Positions 28,582 to 38,640 of a DNA stretch of 64,000 nt are shown in pieces; within the stretch, counting starts at the first letter, position 1, and every line of letters starts with the position of its first letter. The DNA lies in the NCBI GenBank assembly GCA_964553685.1, contig CAZKLB010000001.1, positions 83,952 to 147,951 of the forward strand, in the 5' to 3' direction. Both the position numbers and the translations under genes were made by a program. Under the pieces are notes generated by a model that saw only the letters and a program-made list of their open reading frames with translations, was not told where the DNA came from and did not search any database. The DNA is from an uncultured Marinoscillum sp. GTDB lineage: Bacteria > Bacteroidota > Bacteroidia > Cytophagales > MED-G16.

Positions 28582-31395
28582 ATGAAAGATAAAATTGAGA
28601 TTTTAGGTGCCAGAGAAAATAATCTAAAGAACATAGATGTATCCTTTGATAAAAATAACCTTGTTGTCATAACTGGAGTTTCAGGTAGTGGTAAAAGTTC
28701 TTTAGCATTTAATACTATTTATTCTGAAGGGCAGAGAAGATATATGGAAAGCTTTTCAGCATATGCAAGATCTTTTATAGGTAACTTGGAGAGGCCAGAT
28801 GTAGATAAGATTAATGGTTTATCTCCAGTCATTTCCATAGAACAAAAAACTACTTCAAAAAATCCCAGATCGACAGTTGGTACTTTAACTGAGATTTATG
28901 ATTTTTTAAGACTTTTATTCGCAAGAGCTGGAATAGCCTATTCTTATAAATCGGGTAAAAAAATGGTAAGGCAATCTCTTGATAATATAATAAACAATGT
29001 ATTAAATGACTTCAATGAAAAAAAGGTTTTGATAACATCTCCAATAATTAAAGGAAGAAAAGGTCACTATAAAGAACTTTTTACTCAAATCAGAAAAAAA
29101 GGATTTACTACTGTGAGAGTAGATGGTGATGTTATAGAAATTACCAAAAATTTACAACTTGATAGGTATGTCATTCACGATATAGATATTGTTATTGATA
29201 AATTGACTATTAGTAGTAATAATTATAAGAGACTCAAGGGATCTGTAGATATAGCATTGAAAAGTGGTGATAAAACTATGTATATTATCGATGAAAATAA
29301 TAAGTCCACTTTTTATTCTAAACTGCTCGTTGACCCTGAGTCAGGCATATCATACGAGGAGCCTTCACCAAATAGTTTTTCTTTTAATTCTCCTTACGGT
29401 TGGTGTGATTCATGTAAGGGTTTGGGGGAGATGGACCATATTTTAAGAGAAAATATCATAGAAAATGATAAAATAAGTATAAGTAGAGGAGGCATATTAC
29501 CACTAGGTGAGTATAGAGATATGTGGATTTTTAAAAAAATTGACTCAATTTTAAAAAAGGAGGGTTTAGATATATCTACTCCAATTTATAAAATTCCAGA
29601 TGAAGTATTAAATGATATTTTATACGGAAAAAATATAGATGTTGCAGTTGAATCTACAAAATATCCTGGCTCTCTTTGGTATACAAAGTATGATGGTATT
29701 GATGGGTTCATTAATAAAACCAGAAGGTTCAGGTCAGGTAAAGCAAGAGCTTCAATGGAGGAATTTATAACTAAGAAAAACTGTGAAGATTGTGGGGGAA
29801 AGAGACTAAAAAGAGAATCTCTTTATTTTAAGATAAACGATAAATCTATTGCAGATTTAAATGAAATGGATGTTAAGTCATTTAGCCTATGGTTAAAGTC
29901 TATAGAAAATAAACTCAATAGCCAACAAAAAATTATTGCAAAACCAATTTTGAAAGAAATTAATCAGAGGGTTGACCTTCTAGTTAACTTAGGCCTAGAT
30001 TATTTAAGTATGAATAGGCCTCTACGTACTCTATCCGGAGGTGAAGCTCAAAGAATTCGCCTTGCTACACAGGTTGGAACAAAGTTAGTTGGTGTACTAT
30101 ATATTTTAGACGAACCTAGTATAGGATTACACCAAAGAGATAATAATAAATTAATTAACTCGCTGAAAGAATTGAGGGATCTAGGTAATACAGTTATAGT
30201 TGTTGAACATGATAGAGATATGATGATAAACGCGGATCATATTATTGACGTTGGGCCTGGACCTGGCAGTAATGGTGGAATAGTAGTAGCAGAGGGGAAT
30301 CCAAAAACTTTTAAATTGAAAGAATCAATAACTTCAAAGTTCTTGAGGAGAGAGTTGGACATTGTACTACCAAAAGTAAGAAGAAAGCTATCTGGTAATA
30401 AAATAAAGTTGTTTGGCGCTCAAGGCAATAATTTGAAAAATATAGATTGTAGTTTTCCACTTGGAGTGATGGTATGTGTAACTGGTGTTTCTGGAAGTGG
30501 AAAGTCTTCACTCATTCATGGTACTTTATCAAGTATAATAAAAAAAGAACTTTATAAGTCGAGGAAAGTGCCTCTGTTTTATAATAAAGTGAGTGGATTG
30601 AATAACATAAATAAAATAATTGAAGTTGATCAATCTCCTATTGGGAGGACTCCAAGATCAAATCCTGCCACATATACAGGAGTTTTTACAGAAATTAGAA
30701 ATTTATTTTCTTCACTAACAGAGGCGAAAATTCGTGGTTTAAAACAAGGCGCATTTTCTTTTAATGTAAAGGGAGGTAGGTGTGAAACCTGTAAAGGCGC
30801 AGGTCTTCGCTTAGTTGAAATGGATTTTCTTCCTAATGTATTTGTAAAATGTGAAACCTGCGAGGGTAAGAGATACAATAGAGATACTTTAGAGGTTAGA
30901 TTTAAAGGGAAGTCTATTTCAGATGTGTTAGAAATGACAGTATCTAATGCTGTTGATTTTTTTCAGAAACAACCTAAAATATCAAATAAGCTTAGAGCAT
31001 TAGATGATGTGGGGTTAGGTTATATACCTTTAGGCCAACAGTCAACAATGTTATCTGGTGGTGAAGCACAAAGAGTTAAACTTGCATCTGAACTTTACAA
31101 AAAAGATACAGGAGACACCCTTTTTATTCTTGATGAGCCAACAACAGGATTGCATTTTCAAGATATAAATAATCTTATGCTTGTACTTAATCGTTTGATT
31201 GATAGAGGAAATTCAGTAATTATAATTGAACACAATATGGATGTAATAAAGTGTGCAGATTACATAATAGATTTGGGGCCTGAAGGTGGAGATGAGGGGG
31301 GCAATATTATTTTTGAAGGGACACCTGAAAGTTTAATTAAATCGAAAATTAGTCATACGGGCATTTTCCTAAAAAACGAACTTATTAAATCATAA
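28582..31395 (+). CDS. uvrA: Excinuclease ABC subunit A
   Basis: Two ABC modules (GVSGSGKSSL twice, LSGGEAQR twice) and zinc-finger cysteines (CDSCKG, CEDCGG, CETCKGAG, CETCEG). Confidence 0.96.
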   Translation: MKDKIEILGARENNLKNIDVSFDKNNLVVITGVSGSGKSSLAFNTIYSEGQRRYMESFSAYARSFIGNLERPDVDKINGLSPVISIEQKTTSKNPRSTVGTLTEIYDFLRLLFARAGIAYSYKSGKKMVRQSLDNIINNVLNDFNEKKVLITSPIIKGRKGHYKELFTQIRKKGFTTVRVDGDVIEITKNLQLDRYVIHDIDIVIDKLTISSNNYKRLKGSVDIALKSGDKTMYIIDENNKSTFYSKLLVDPESGISYEEPSPNSFSFNSPYGWCDSCKGLGEMDHILRENIIENDKISISRGGILPLGEYRDMWIFKKIDSILKKEGLDISTPIYKIPDEVLNDILYGKNIDVAVESTKYPGSLWYTKYDGIDGFINKTRRFRSGKARASMEEFITKKNCEDCGGKRLKRESLYFKINDKSIADLNEMDVKSFSLWLKSIENKLNSQQKIIAKPILKEINQRVDLLVNLGLDYLSMNRPLRTLSGGEAQRIRLATQVGTKLVGVLYILDEPSIGLHQRDNNKLINSLKELRDLGNTVIVVEHDRDMMINADHIIDVGPGPGSNGGIVVAEGNPKTFKLKESITSKFLRRELDIVLPKVRRKLSGNKIKLFGAQGNNLKNIDCSFPLGVMVCVTGVSGSGKSSLIHGTLSSIIKKELYKSRKVPLFYNKVSGLNNINKIIEVDQSPIGRTPRSNPATYTGVFTEIRNLFSSLTEAKIRGLKQGAFSFNVKGGRCETCKGAGLRLVEMDFLPNVFVKCETCEGKRYNRDTLEVRFKGKSISDVLEMTVSNAVDFFQKQPKISNKLRALDDVGLGYIPLGQQSTMLSGGEAQRVKLASELYKKDTGDTLFILDEPTTGLHFQDINNLMLVLNRLIDRGNSVIIIEHNMDVIKCADYIIDLGPEGGDEGGNIIFEGTPESLIKSKISHTGIFLKNELIKS

Positions 31396-32503
31396 TTTTT
31401 GTTGTTATATGATCTACAACTTTCTTTCCCTCGTTTGTAAGCTTTATTTTTTTATTTGACTTTTTTAATAACATATTTTTAACCATAGTATCGATTTCGA
31501 TATTCTTTTTTTCATAAAGGTTTATTTTGAATTTGTTTTGTAGTTCTTCAAGGTTGATTCCTGTTGAGGTTCTTATTCTAGTTATAATATATTCATTGAT
31601 TTTATTCTTTTTGCTTAACCTCTCTTTTAAAAAGACTTTCTCACTGTTTTTAATTTTATTAATATACATATCATTATCGCTGATATTCCAATATCTAAAT
31701 TTTTTATCATAGGAATGGGCACCTGGGCCAAAGCCGATATATGATTTATCCATCCAATAACTTGAATTATGTTTTGACTTGAATCCATCCTTGCAATAAC
31801 TTGATATTTCATAATTTTGATATCCAATTTCCTTCATAAAAGTGTGAATTTGATCAAAATGATTCATAATAATATTATCATTTGGGAGGGAAATTTTTTC
31901 TTTTTTCAGTTGCTTTTCCATAACTGTATTTTCTTCTACCGTCATATTATAGATGGAAATATGAGGTGGGAAAATTTCCTTAATTTTTTTTAGATCATTC
32001 AATACTGTGCTGTAATTTGAATCTGGTGTCCCAAACATAAGATCAATAGAATAATTAGTAAACTGGGTTTGAATTTTTTTTATTGCACTTATTGCTAAAG
32101 TAGAGTCATGGCTTCTATTGAGTTTCTTTAGTATTAAATCATTAAATGATTGGACCCCAAGACTTATTCTATTTATACCAGATTTTTTCCAAGAGTTTAG
32201 TTTTTTTTCATTTATATCGTCAGGGTTTGCCTCTATTGTTATCTCACAGTCATTAGATATAGTATAGTTAGATTTAATGGATTTCAATATTTGATTGATA
32301 AATTTTTCATCAATAATCGATGGAGTTCCCCCTCCGATATAAACTGTTGAAATAATTTTTTTCGAAATTTTTTTTTGATTCATCTCTATTTCCATTAATA
32401 TAGATTCTATTATTTGCCTGTAATTTCTTGATATTGAAAAATGAAAATTACAGTAATTACAAGCTTTCTTACAGAAAGGTATATGCACATAAATTCCAGC
32501 CAT
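31385..32503 (-). CDS. hemW: Radical SAM heme chaperone HemW (HemN-like, YggW family)
   Basis: Motifs: YVHIPFCKKACNYCNF (CxxxCxxC) and GGGTPS. At 372 aa it is shorter than HemN. Confidence 0.85.
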   Translation of the reverse strand: MAGIYVHIPFCKKACNYCNFHFSISRNYRQIIESILMEIEMNQKKISKKIISTVYIGGGTPSIIDEKFINQILKSIKSNYTISNDCEITIEANPDDINEKKLNSWKKSGINRISLGVQSFNDLILKKLNRSHDSTLAISAIKKIQTQFTNYSIDLMFGTPDSNYSTVLNDLKKIKEIFPPHISIYNMTVEENTVMEKQLKKEKISLPNDNIIMNHFDQIHTFMKEIGYQNYEISSYCKDGFKSKHNSSYWMDKSYIGFGPGAHSYDKKFRYWNISDNDMYINKIKNSEKVFLKERLSKKNKINEYIITRIRTSTGINLEELQNKFKINLYEKKNIEIDTMVKNMLLKKSNKKIKLTNEGKKVVDHITTKIMI

Positions 32504-33244
32504 ATGTTCTTATTAATAATGGACCTAAAAGATAAATCAATTTATGATTTTAACTCTGTTTTATTATCAGCATTTATCATATTATTATTAATAGCCCATT
32601 ATAAATCTAATTACTCGTTGTTTTTTAAAAGATACTTTAACCCTAGACATATAATTTATTTAGGAAATAAAGAGGATTATTTTTATCGGAGTGATCTTTT
32701 TAGCTTTTCTAACATTATGCCTTTGTTTATATTCTCTTTAATCCTTTCTTTTTTCACAATTAATGTATTTGAGGATTCAGATAATCAAATAATAAAAGAA
32801 TTATATGAGTTTAGTCTTTTTCAAAAATGGGCAATTTTTTCAGTTATATTATTTGCATTTATGGTACTCAGGGTCTTTTGGATAATTTTCCTATTTTATT
32901 TTATTAAAAAAATGGAAAAAGTAAAAAAAATATTTTTGCTAACTTTTGTTCGGGTGACTATAAGTTTATCATTAATAAATATTTTAATATCATTTATTTT
33001 ATATGAATTTATATCCTTTGAGGTAGCGTATCCGATATTTATTTTTTTAAAAGGGGTTGTTGTATTTCTAAGACCTTTCATTCTCTTCAGTTTTCTCAAT
33101 AAAATTTTTTCTGATATTAAAAGACAATTATTAATATTAATATTTTTTGGAGATTTATTACCTTCTATTATTCTCTTTGACCCAATTAAAATACTGTCAG
33201 GTATTGACTACATTCTGGCATACCTCGAGATAGCAAATAATTGA
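32504..33244 (+). CDS. Multi-pass membrane protein, DUF4271-like
   Basis: Five or six hydrophobic helices. This family is habitually found just upstream of a HemD-like gene in Bacteroidota (from memory). The start is uncertain: in-frame ATGs lie at 32441, 32504 and 32519, and 32441 would overlap hemW by 63 nt. Confidence 0.5.
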   Translation: MFLLIMDLKDKSIYDFNSVLLSAFIILLLIAHYKSNYSLFFKRYFNPRHIIYLGNKEDYFYRSDLFSFSNIMPLFIFSLILSFFTINVFEDSDNQIIKELYEFSLFQKWAIFSVILFAFMVLRVFWIIFLFYFIKKMEKVKKIFLLTFVRVTISLSLINILISFILYEFISFEVAYPIFIFLKGVVVFLRPFILFSFLNKIFSDIKRQLLILIFFGDLLPSIILFDPIKILSGIDYILAYLEIANN

Positions 33245-33283
33245 ATTCATTTCATTAACTTTACACCAATAAAACTTCAATAT

Positions 33284-34078
33284 ATGAGTAATATTAAATA
33301 TGATAAAAAAAGATTAAACCCAGTTAAGTCAATTTTGGTAACTCAGCCACAGCCTAAAGATAACAACTCACCTTTTCATCGATTAGCTGAAAAATACGAA
33401 TTGAAAGTTGACTTCATACCATTTATAAAAATTGACCCCGTTTCTATTAAAGATTTTAGGAAACAAAAGATCAATATTCTAAATCATACTGCCATAATTT
33501 TTACTAGTAGAAATGCTGTTGATCACTTCTTTAGAATAGCAGAAGGGATGAATGTTTCGGTGCCTACAGATATGAAATATTTTTGTATTTCAGAGCAAAC
33601 CGCAAATTATCTTCAAAAATATATTGTAATTAGAAAAAGAAAAATCTTTATTGGGCAAAGGACAATAGCAGAGCTATTAGATGTTATGAAAGATACCATG
33701 GTTAAATTTCCTGACGAAAAGTATCTTTTTCCTTGTTCAAATATTACACGAGATACAATTTCTGAGTTCCTTAAAGAAAACGATTGTAAATATTCAGAGG
33801 CAATTATCTATAATACTGTGCCGAGCGATTTAAAAAAATTAAAAAAAGTCTTTTATGATATCTTGGTTTTCTATACTCCATACGGCATCGATTCGCTCGT
33901 GAAAAACTTTCCTGATTTCGAACAAAATAATACAAGGATTGCTGGTTTTGGAAAAAATACTGCTAATGCAATCAAAGAAAATAATTTAAAATTAGATATA
34001 AAGGCTCCAATGAAAGACGTTCCTTCAATGACAAGAGCTATTGAGCTTTACATTAAAGAGTCTAATAACATAAAATAG
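33284..34078 (+). CDS. Uroporphyrinogen-III synthase-like protein (second HemD/HEM4-family copy)
   Basis: Motifs: ILVTQPQP...FIPFIKI..., IIFTSRNAVDHFF, VFYTPYGIDSL, which is the HEM4 two-lobe pattern. It is distinct from the operon hemD at 3403-4133. Confidence 0.65.
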   Translation: MSNIKYDKKRLNPVKSILVTQPQPKDNNSPFHRLAEKYELKVDFIPFIKIDPVSIKDFRKQKINILNHTAIIFTSRNAVDHFFRIAEGMNVSVPTDMKYFCISEQTANYLQKYIVIRKRKIFIGQRTIAELLDVMKDTMVKFPDEKYLFPCSNITRDTISEFLKENDCKYSEAIIYNTVPSDLKKLKKVFYDILVFYTPYGIDSLVKNFPDFEQNNTRIAGFGKNTANAIKENNLKLDIKAPMKDVPSMTRAIELYIKESNNIK

Positions 34079-34081
34079 TGT

Positions 34082-35029
34082 ATGAAAAGATTTCTAATTT
34101 TTATTGTGTTTTTAGGATTTACCCTTAAAAGCTATAGCCAACAAGACCCATACTTTAGTACATATTTTATAAATCCAGTTCTTATAAACCCTAGTTTAGC
34201 ATCAACAGTAGATAATAATAATGTTGTTTTAGTATATAGAAACCAGTGGGCAAATTATAAACCTACAAATTTATCTTCATCATCTGATTCTCCAAATACT
34301 GGGATACTATCACTTAACCTCAAGAATAGAGATAAGTCATTATCCTTTGGCATTAATGTGATATCAGATAATCTTGGTCCTAAAGAATTCTTTAATGTCT
34401 CTCCATATTTTGGTATTAGAAAAAAATTAAAAAATTCTTATTTGTCCTTTGCGGTATCACCAACATTCAAAAGTACTACAATGAATTTTGGATCATTAGT
34501 ATTTGTCAATCCAGCTGATCCTTTTAATGTTGGTGGGAAACAGACAGAATCAAAACCAGATGTTGGGGTTGGTGTAACGTATTATAACAATAAGATTTTG
34601 CTTAGTGTTGGTGTTAAAAATATAACAGAGCCTACCTTTAATTTTGGTTTGAACGATTTAGATAATAAGGATTTTAGAAATATAACTTTCTTAGGTAAAT
34701 ACTTTATAGAGGTAGATAGAGATTTGTCTATTGAACCATTTCTTCTTGTAAGGTCAGATTTGACCTCTTTTACATTTGACGCAAGCTTGTTGGCTACTTA
34801 TCAGGAAAAACTTATGATTGGAGGATCATATAGATATGATGAAGCTGTAGTTGGTTTTTTAGGGTATCACTTTCTTAAGAAAAATAAACTCTTTATTGGA
34901 TATTCATTTGATTATGTAGTTCACAATGTAAATGCTAAAGCACCAATTTCACATGAACTTGTGGTAAGATATGATCTGCCAACACCACAATTAAAAAAGC
35001 CTATAAGAACTCCTAGGTTTATTTATTAA
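34082..35029 (+). CDS. porP: Type IX secretion system membrane protein PorP/SprF family
   Basis: Evidence: signal peptide followed by QQDPYFSTYFINPVLINPSLA...YRNQW, the PorP/SprF signature, plus a beta-barrel-like remainder. It lies immediately upstream of gldK as in porPKLMN. Confidence 0.8.
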   Translation: MKRFLIFIVFLGFTLKSYSQQDPYFSTYFINPVLINPSLASTVDNNNVVLVYRNQWANYKPTNLSSSSDSPNTGILSLNLKNRDKSLSFGINVISDNLGPKEFFNVSPYFGIRKKLKNSYLSFAVSPTFKSTTMNFGSLVFVNPADPFNVGGKQTESKPDVGVGVTYYNNKILLSVGVKNITEPTFNFGLNDLDNKDFRNITFLGKYFIEVDRDLSIEPFLLVRSDLTSFTFDASLLATYQEKLMIGGSYRYDEAVVGFLGYHFLKKNKLFIGYSFDYVVHNVNAKAPISHELVVRYDLPTPQLKKPIRTPRFIY

Positions 35030-35150
35030 CAGATTTTACCCAAATAACAACTTTTTAAGTTATCAACTATGTTTTTATTATATTTGCTTAACTTTCTAAC
35101 TAAAAATTTATCATACAGAACAATAATTTAGATATTTAAAAGTTAAATTT

Positions 35151-35158
35151 TAACTTTG
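35151..35158 (+). promoter_or_regulatory. Candidate -7 box (TAACTTTG) upstream of gldK
   Basis: Exact TAnnTTTG match 10 nt before the ATG at 35168. There is no clear -33 TTG at the expected spacing. Confidence 0.3.
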
Positions 35159-35167
35159 CGTTTACTT

Positions 35168-36205
35168 ATGAGAACTCTTAGAGAAAATTTGTATGTAATA
35201 ATTTACTTATCAATGGCACTTCTTATCGGTGCTTGTGGCCTACTTGGTGGCGGCTCAAGTAAAAAAAATCCAAGGGGTCAATTAGTCGGTACTTTAGATA
35301 GAGAAGGTTTTGAAATGTCCGCACAGTACGGAATGGTCTACATTCCAACCGGAAGATTCTACATGGGTCAAGCAGATGAAAATATTCAGCAAGATCAGAG
35401 TAATTTTAACAGACAAGTTACGATTAGTGCTTTTTATATGGATGATACAGAAATTACTAATGATGAGTATAGACAGTTCATGCAGTATCTTGAAGAAAAT
35501 CCAGACTACGAACTTTCTGAGGGACAAACAATCGAATCACTCAAGCCTGATACAACTGTTTGGTCAAGTGATTTCACTCACCACTACGGTGATCCTCTTC
35601 TTGCTTACTATTGGTCACACCCTGCTTTTGATGATTATCCTGTTGTTGGAGTATCTTGGGAGTCAGCTAGAGAATTTGCAAGATGGAGAAGTAGTTTCTT
35701 AAATTCTTATAGGAGCGAGCAAGGCTTACTTCCTTTCCCTTCATTTAGACTTCCTACCGAAGCCGAATGGGAATATGCTGCTCGTGGTGGAAGAGATAAT
35801 GTGAAATATCCATGGGGTAATCCGTATACAAGAAACTCTCGAGGTTGTGTTCTTGCTAATTTCAAACCAGGTAGAGGAAACTATGTTGACGACGGATATG
35901 CATATACATCGCCTGTTGGTGTATTCTTTCCGAATGATTTTGGGCTGTATGATATGTCTGGTAATGTCGCAGAATGGTGTGAGGATGCATATATCGATTC
36001 TTATAATCCTCTTGTTTGGGATTTAAATCCAATTTACAGGGATGATGAAAATGATAAAAAAGTAATTAGAGGTGGTTCTTGGAAAGATATTGCCTTTTTT
36101 ATTGAAGTTGCTACTAGAACATTTGAATATAAAGACTCAACTAGAGCTTTTATTGGTTTTAGAACAGCTATGCCTCATTTAGGCAGAAACCTACAAGGTT
36201 TTTAA
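35168..36205 (+). CDS. gldK: Gliding motility/T9SS lipoprotein GldK (PorK)
   Basis: Evidence: lipobox LLIGAC and an FGE-sulfatase/SUMF1 domain (YPVVGVSWESA, EAEWEYAARGG, GLYDMSGNVAEW, IRGGSW). I prefer the ATG at 35168 over the track TTG at 35156. Confidence 0.9.
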   Translation: MRTLRENLYVIIYLSMALLIGACGLLGGGSSKKNPRGQLVGTLDREGFEMSAQYGMVYIPTGRFYMGQADENIQQDQSNFNRQVTISAFYMDDTEITNDEYRQFMQYLEENPDYELSEGQTIESLKPDTTVWSSDFTHHYGDPLLAYYWSHPAFDDYPVVGVSWESAREFARWRSSFLNSYRSEQGLLPFPSFRLPTEAEWEYAARGGRDNVKYPWGNPYTRNSRGCVLANFKPGRGNYVDDGYAYTSPVGVFFPNDFGLYDMSGNVAEWCEDAYIDSYNPLVWDLNPIYRDDENDKKVIRGGSWKDIAFFIEVATRTFEYKDSTRAFIGFRTAMPHLGRNLQGF

Positions 36206-36253
36206 TTAAAATATTTAAATTTAAACTAAGAAAACAAATAAAAATTAGATAAT

Positions 36254-37003
36254 ATGATTACTAAAGAAAAATCTAGCAATCCTATTCTGGCATGGGTTCA
36301 GAATGAGGATAATATGAATGTTGTTTATGGTCTTGGAGCTGCTATAGTTATATTAGGTGCGCTCTTTAAATTACAAGGATGGCCTGGAGCTAACGTAATG
36401 TTAATTGTTGGACTTGGTGTTGAGGCTTTAATATTTACATTAAGTGCTTTTGATCCACCTACAAAACACGAGTGGGACTGGAGTAAGGTATACCCACAAT
36501 TAGGTGTTGGTTCTGAAGGTTCAAGTGCTTCTCAGATGGGTAATATTATGAAAGAGGCAAAGCTCGACCCTGCTGTTTTAAAAAGCGTAGGTGATGGTAT
36601 GAAAAAAATGGCTGCACAAGCTAATAACATTAACGACCTTGCTGGCGCTTCTGTTGCTGCTCAAGCATATGAGCAGAGTATTAAAGGAGCTACTGATTCA
36701 TTAAATTCAGTAAATAAATCCTACAGCACTATATCAGAAACTGTGCAAGATCTAGCTGCCTCATCTTCTAGTGTTAAAGAGGCCGTTGGTTTAACAGAGG
36801 AGTATAAGGAAAATCTAAAAAACGCTTCTAGCTCTCTTGGTTCAATTGTTGCTGCTTCTGGTCAGATTACAGAGACAGCTACAAATATGACTAAAGCTCA
36901 AAATGATGCTGTAAAGTTGCAGAAAGAGTTACAAGATTTAACTGAGAATTTAAGTAAGCTTAATAAGATTTATGTTGGTATGTATGATGCTATGCATAAG
37001 TAA
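36254..37003 (+). CDS. gldL: Gliding motility/T9SS motor protein GldL (PorL)
   Basis: Two N-terminal TM helices (VYGLGAAIVILGALFKLQGWPGA; LIVGLGVEALIFTLSAFDPP, with an intramembrane Glu) followed by a cytoplasmic A/S/Q-rich helical domain. Confidence 0.9.
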   Translation: MITKEKSSNPILAWVQNEDNMNVVYGLGAAIVILGALFKLQGWPGANVMLIVGLGVEALIFTLSAFDPPTKHEWDWSKVYPQLGVGSEGSSASQMGNIMKEAKLDPAVLKSVGDGMKKMAAQANNINDLAGASVAAQAYEQSIKGATDSLNSVNKSYSTISETVQDLAASSSSVKEAVGLTEEYKENLKNASSSLGSIVAASGQITETATNMTKAQNDAVKLQKELQDLTENLSKLNKIYVGMYDAMHK

Positions 37004-37033
37004 AATTTTAAGAATAATCTAAATATATAAATT

Positions 37034-38635
37034 ATGGCTGGAGGAGATAGCCCTAGACAGAAAATGATTAACATGATGTATATTGTGTTAATCGCCATGT
37101 TAGCCTTGAATGTTGACACCAAGGTGCTTAAGAAGTTTATTTTAATTAATCAAAGCTTTGAATCAACCAATGCTGACAAGGTTATTGATAATGATAGAAA
37201 AGTTGATGCAATCAGATCTGCTGTTGATGATTCGGGTAATAGAGCAGAAGACGTTGCAGTATTATCGCTTTCTGAATCAGTTAGAGAGAAGTCAAGTGCT
37301 ATAATCAAACATATGTCTGATATTAAAAGTACTATTATTGAGGAGACAGGTGGTTCTGATGGTAAAGGCGGTATTAAGGGATATAAAAATATAGACTTTG
37401 TGTATAGTTATATGCAATCAGATGGTCAAGGAAATGGAGAAGGAACAAATTTGCAGAAACTTCTTAATGATTTTTCTGATTTTGTTCAAGATTCTGTTTT
37501 CAACGGTGATGAAAACTCAGGGGTTACCGATCTTGCTAAGAATGCAGACCAGATCCCACTTTATCAAGAGGATTTACCAACCGACCCTTCATTTACATCT
37601 TTAAACTTTGGATTTGGTACTTCTGCTGGTGCAGGACTTGCTACTATAAGTCAGCTTCAGGCAGATGTTATTAACCTTGAAATCAAAGCTCTTGATAAAC
37701 TAGCTGCATCTGTTGGTGCTGCGGATTTAAAGTTCGATGTTGTTACTCTAACTACTTTGCCAGAGCAAAAAGTGGTTGCTGCAGGAGCTAAATATAAGAC
37801 ACAATTATTTTTATCTGCCGCTTCATCAGCAATAGTTCCTACAATGACTGCTGGGGGAGATACATTAGAAGTAAGCAATGGAAGAGGATCATATGAGTTT
37901 ATTGCAAAAGGAGGGCAATATGATAGAGATGGTCTTTCTGAACAAAACTATATTGGTACGATAAGTGTTACTCTACCTGGAGGTAGGGATACAACCTTTA
38001 TTGATACGGTTACCTATTATGTAGCTCGACCAGTTATCCAAATACAATCCGCTTCTGTACAAGCATTGTATTTTAATTGTGGAAATGAAATACAAGTTAA
38101 TGTACCAGCATTAGGATCTGAGTATAATCCTTCTTTTTCCTCAAATGGTGGAGATGTAATAAAGGGGTCAAAAGCTGGTCAAATTACTATAATTCCTAAA
38201 TCTAAAAAAGTAGATTTAAATGTAAGTAATGCAGGTAACTTTATTGGCTCTCAGTCTTTTGGTGTTAGACAAATTCCTGCACCTGAAATCAAGCCTAGTA
38301 TTAAAGGAAAAGCTATAGATCTTAAAAACGGTATTCCTGCTAATACACCAAGTATAAGTCTTGATGCTATTGCCGATGCTAGTTTTGCTGAGTTTTTACC
38401 AAAAGATGCAAGATTTCAAGTAAGAGAAGCTGAAGTAATTTTAGCTAGGGCTGGTAGAGGAGTTGCTACGAGAAGAATTAAAAATAAAAATATTAATCTA
38501 AACCAACTTCCTGGTAGAAGGTCTGGTGATAATATTGTTATTGAAATTAAGAAAGTAGCAAGAGCAAATTTCAGGGGAGAAATAGAAGAGTTTAAAACGT
38601 TTGCTCCAAGGGTAATTACAATACCATTAAAATAA
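37034..38635 (+). CDS. gldM: Gliding motility/T9SS motor protein GldM (PorM)
   Basis: MAGGDSPRQKMINMMYIVLIAMLALNV is the characteristic GldM N-terminus, followed by a large periplasmic region. Confidence 0.9.
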   Translation: MAGGDSPRQKMINMMYIVLIAMLALNVDTKVLKKFILINQSFESTNADKVIDNDRKVDAIRSAVDDSGNRAEDVAVLSLSESVREKSSAIIKHMSDIKSTIIEETGGSDGKGGIKGYKNIDFVYSYMQSDGQGNGEGTNLQKLLNDFSDFVQDSVFNGDENSGVTDLAKNADQIPLYQEDLPTDPSFTSLNFGFGTSAGAGLATISQLQADVINLEIKALDKLAASVGAADLKFDVVTLTTLPEQKVVAAGAKYKTQLFLSAASSAIVPTMTAGGDTLEVSNGRGSYEFIAKGGQYDRDGLSEQNYIGTISVTLPGGRDTTFIDTVTYYVARPVIQIQSASVQALYFNCGNEIQVNVPALGSEYNPSFSSNGGDVIKGSKAGQITIIPKSKKVDLNVSNAGNFIGSQSFGVRQIPAPEIKPSIKGKAIDLKNGIPANTPSISLDAIADASFAEFLPKDARFQVREAEVILARAGRGVATRRIKNKNINLNQLPGRRSGDNIVIEIKKVARANFRGEIEEFKTFAPRVITIPLK

Positions 38636-38640
38636 AATCA

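Noticed and set aside
32441-32503. ORF-track start of the DUF4271-like gene at 32441, overlapping hemW by 63 nt on the opposite strand
   Set aside because: The extension encodes no hydrophobic segment. In-frame ATGs at 32504 and 32519 give a protein that starts just before the first TM helix, so I treat the longer form as unlikely but not excluded.
35168-38635. Locally higher G+C in gldK-gldM (also atpA and the DUF4856 gene) as a sign of horizontal transfer
   Set aside because: These are conserved, Gly/Ala-rich and probably highly expressed core genes. Their synteny (porP-gldKLMN, atp operon) is native to Bacteroidota, and no mobility genes or tRNA-flanked boundaries accompany them.
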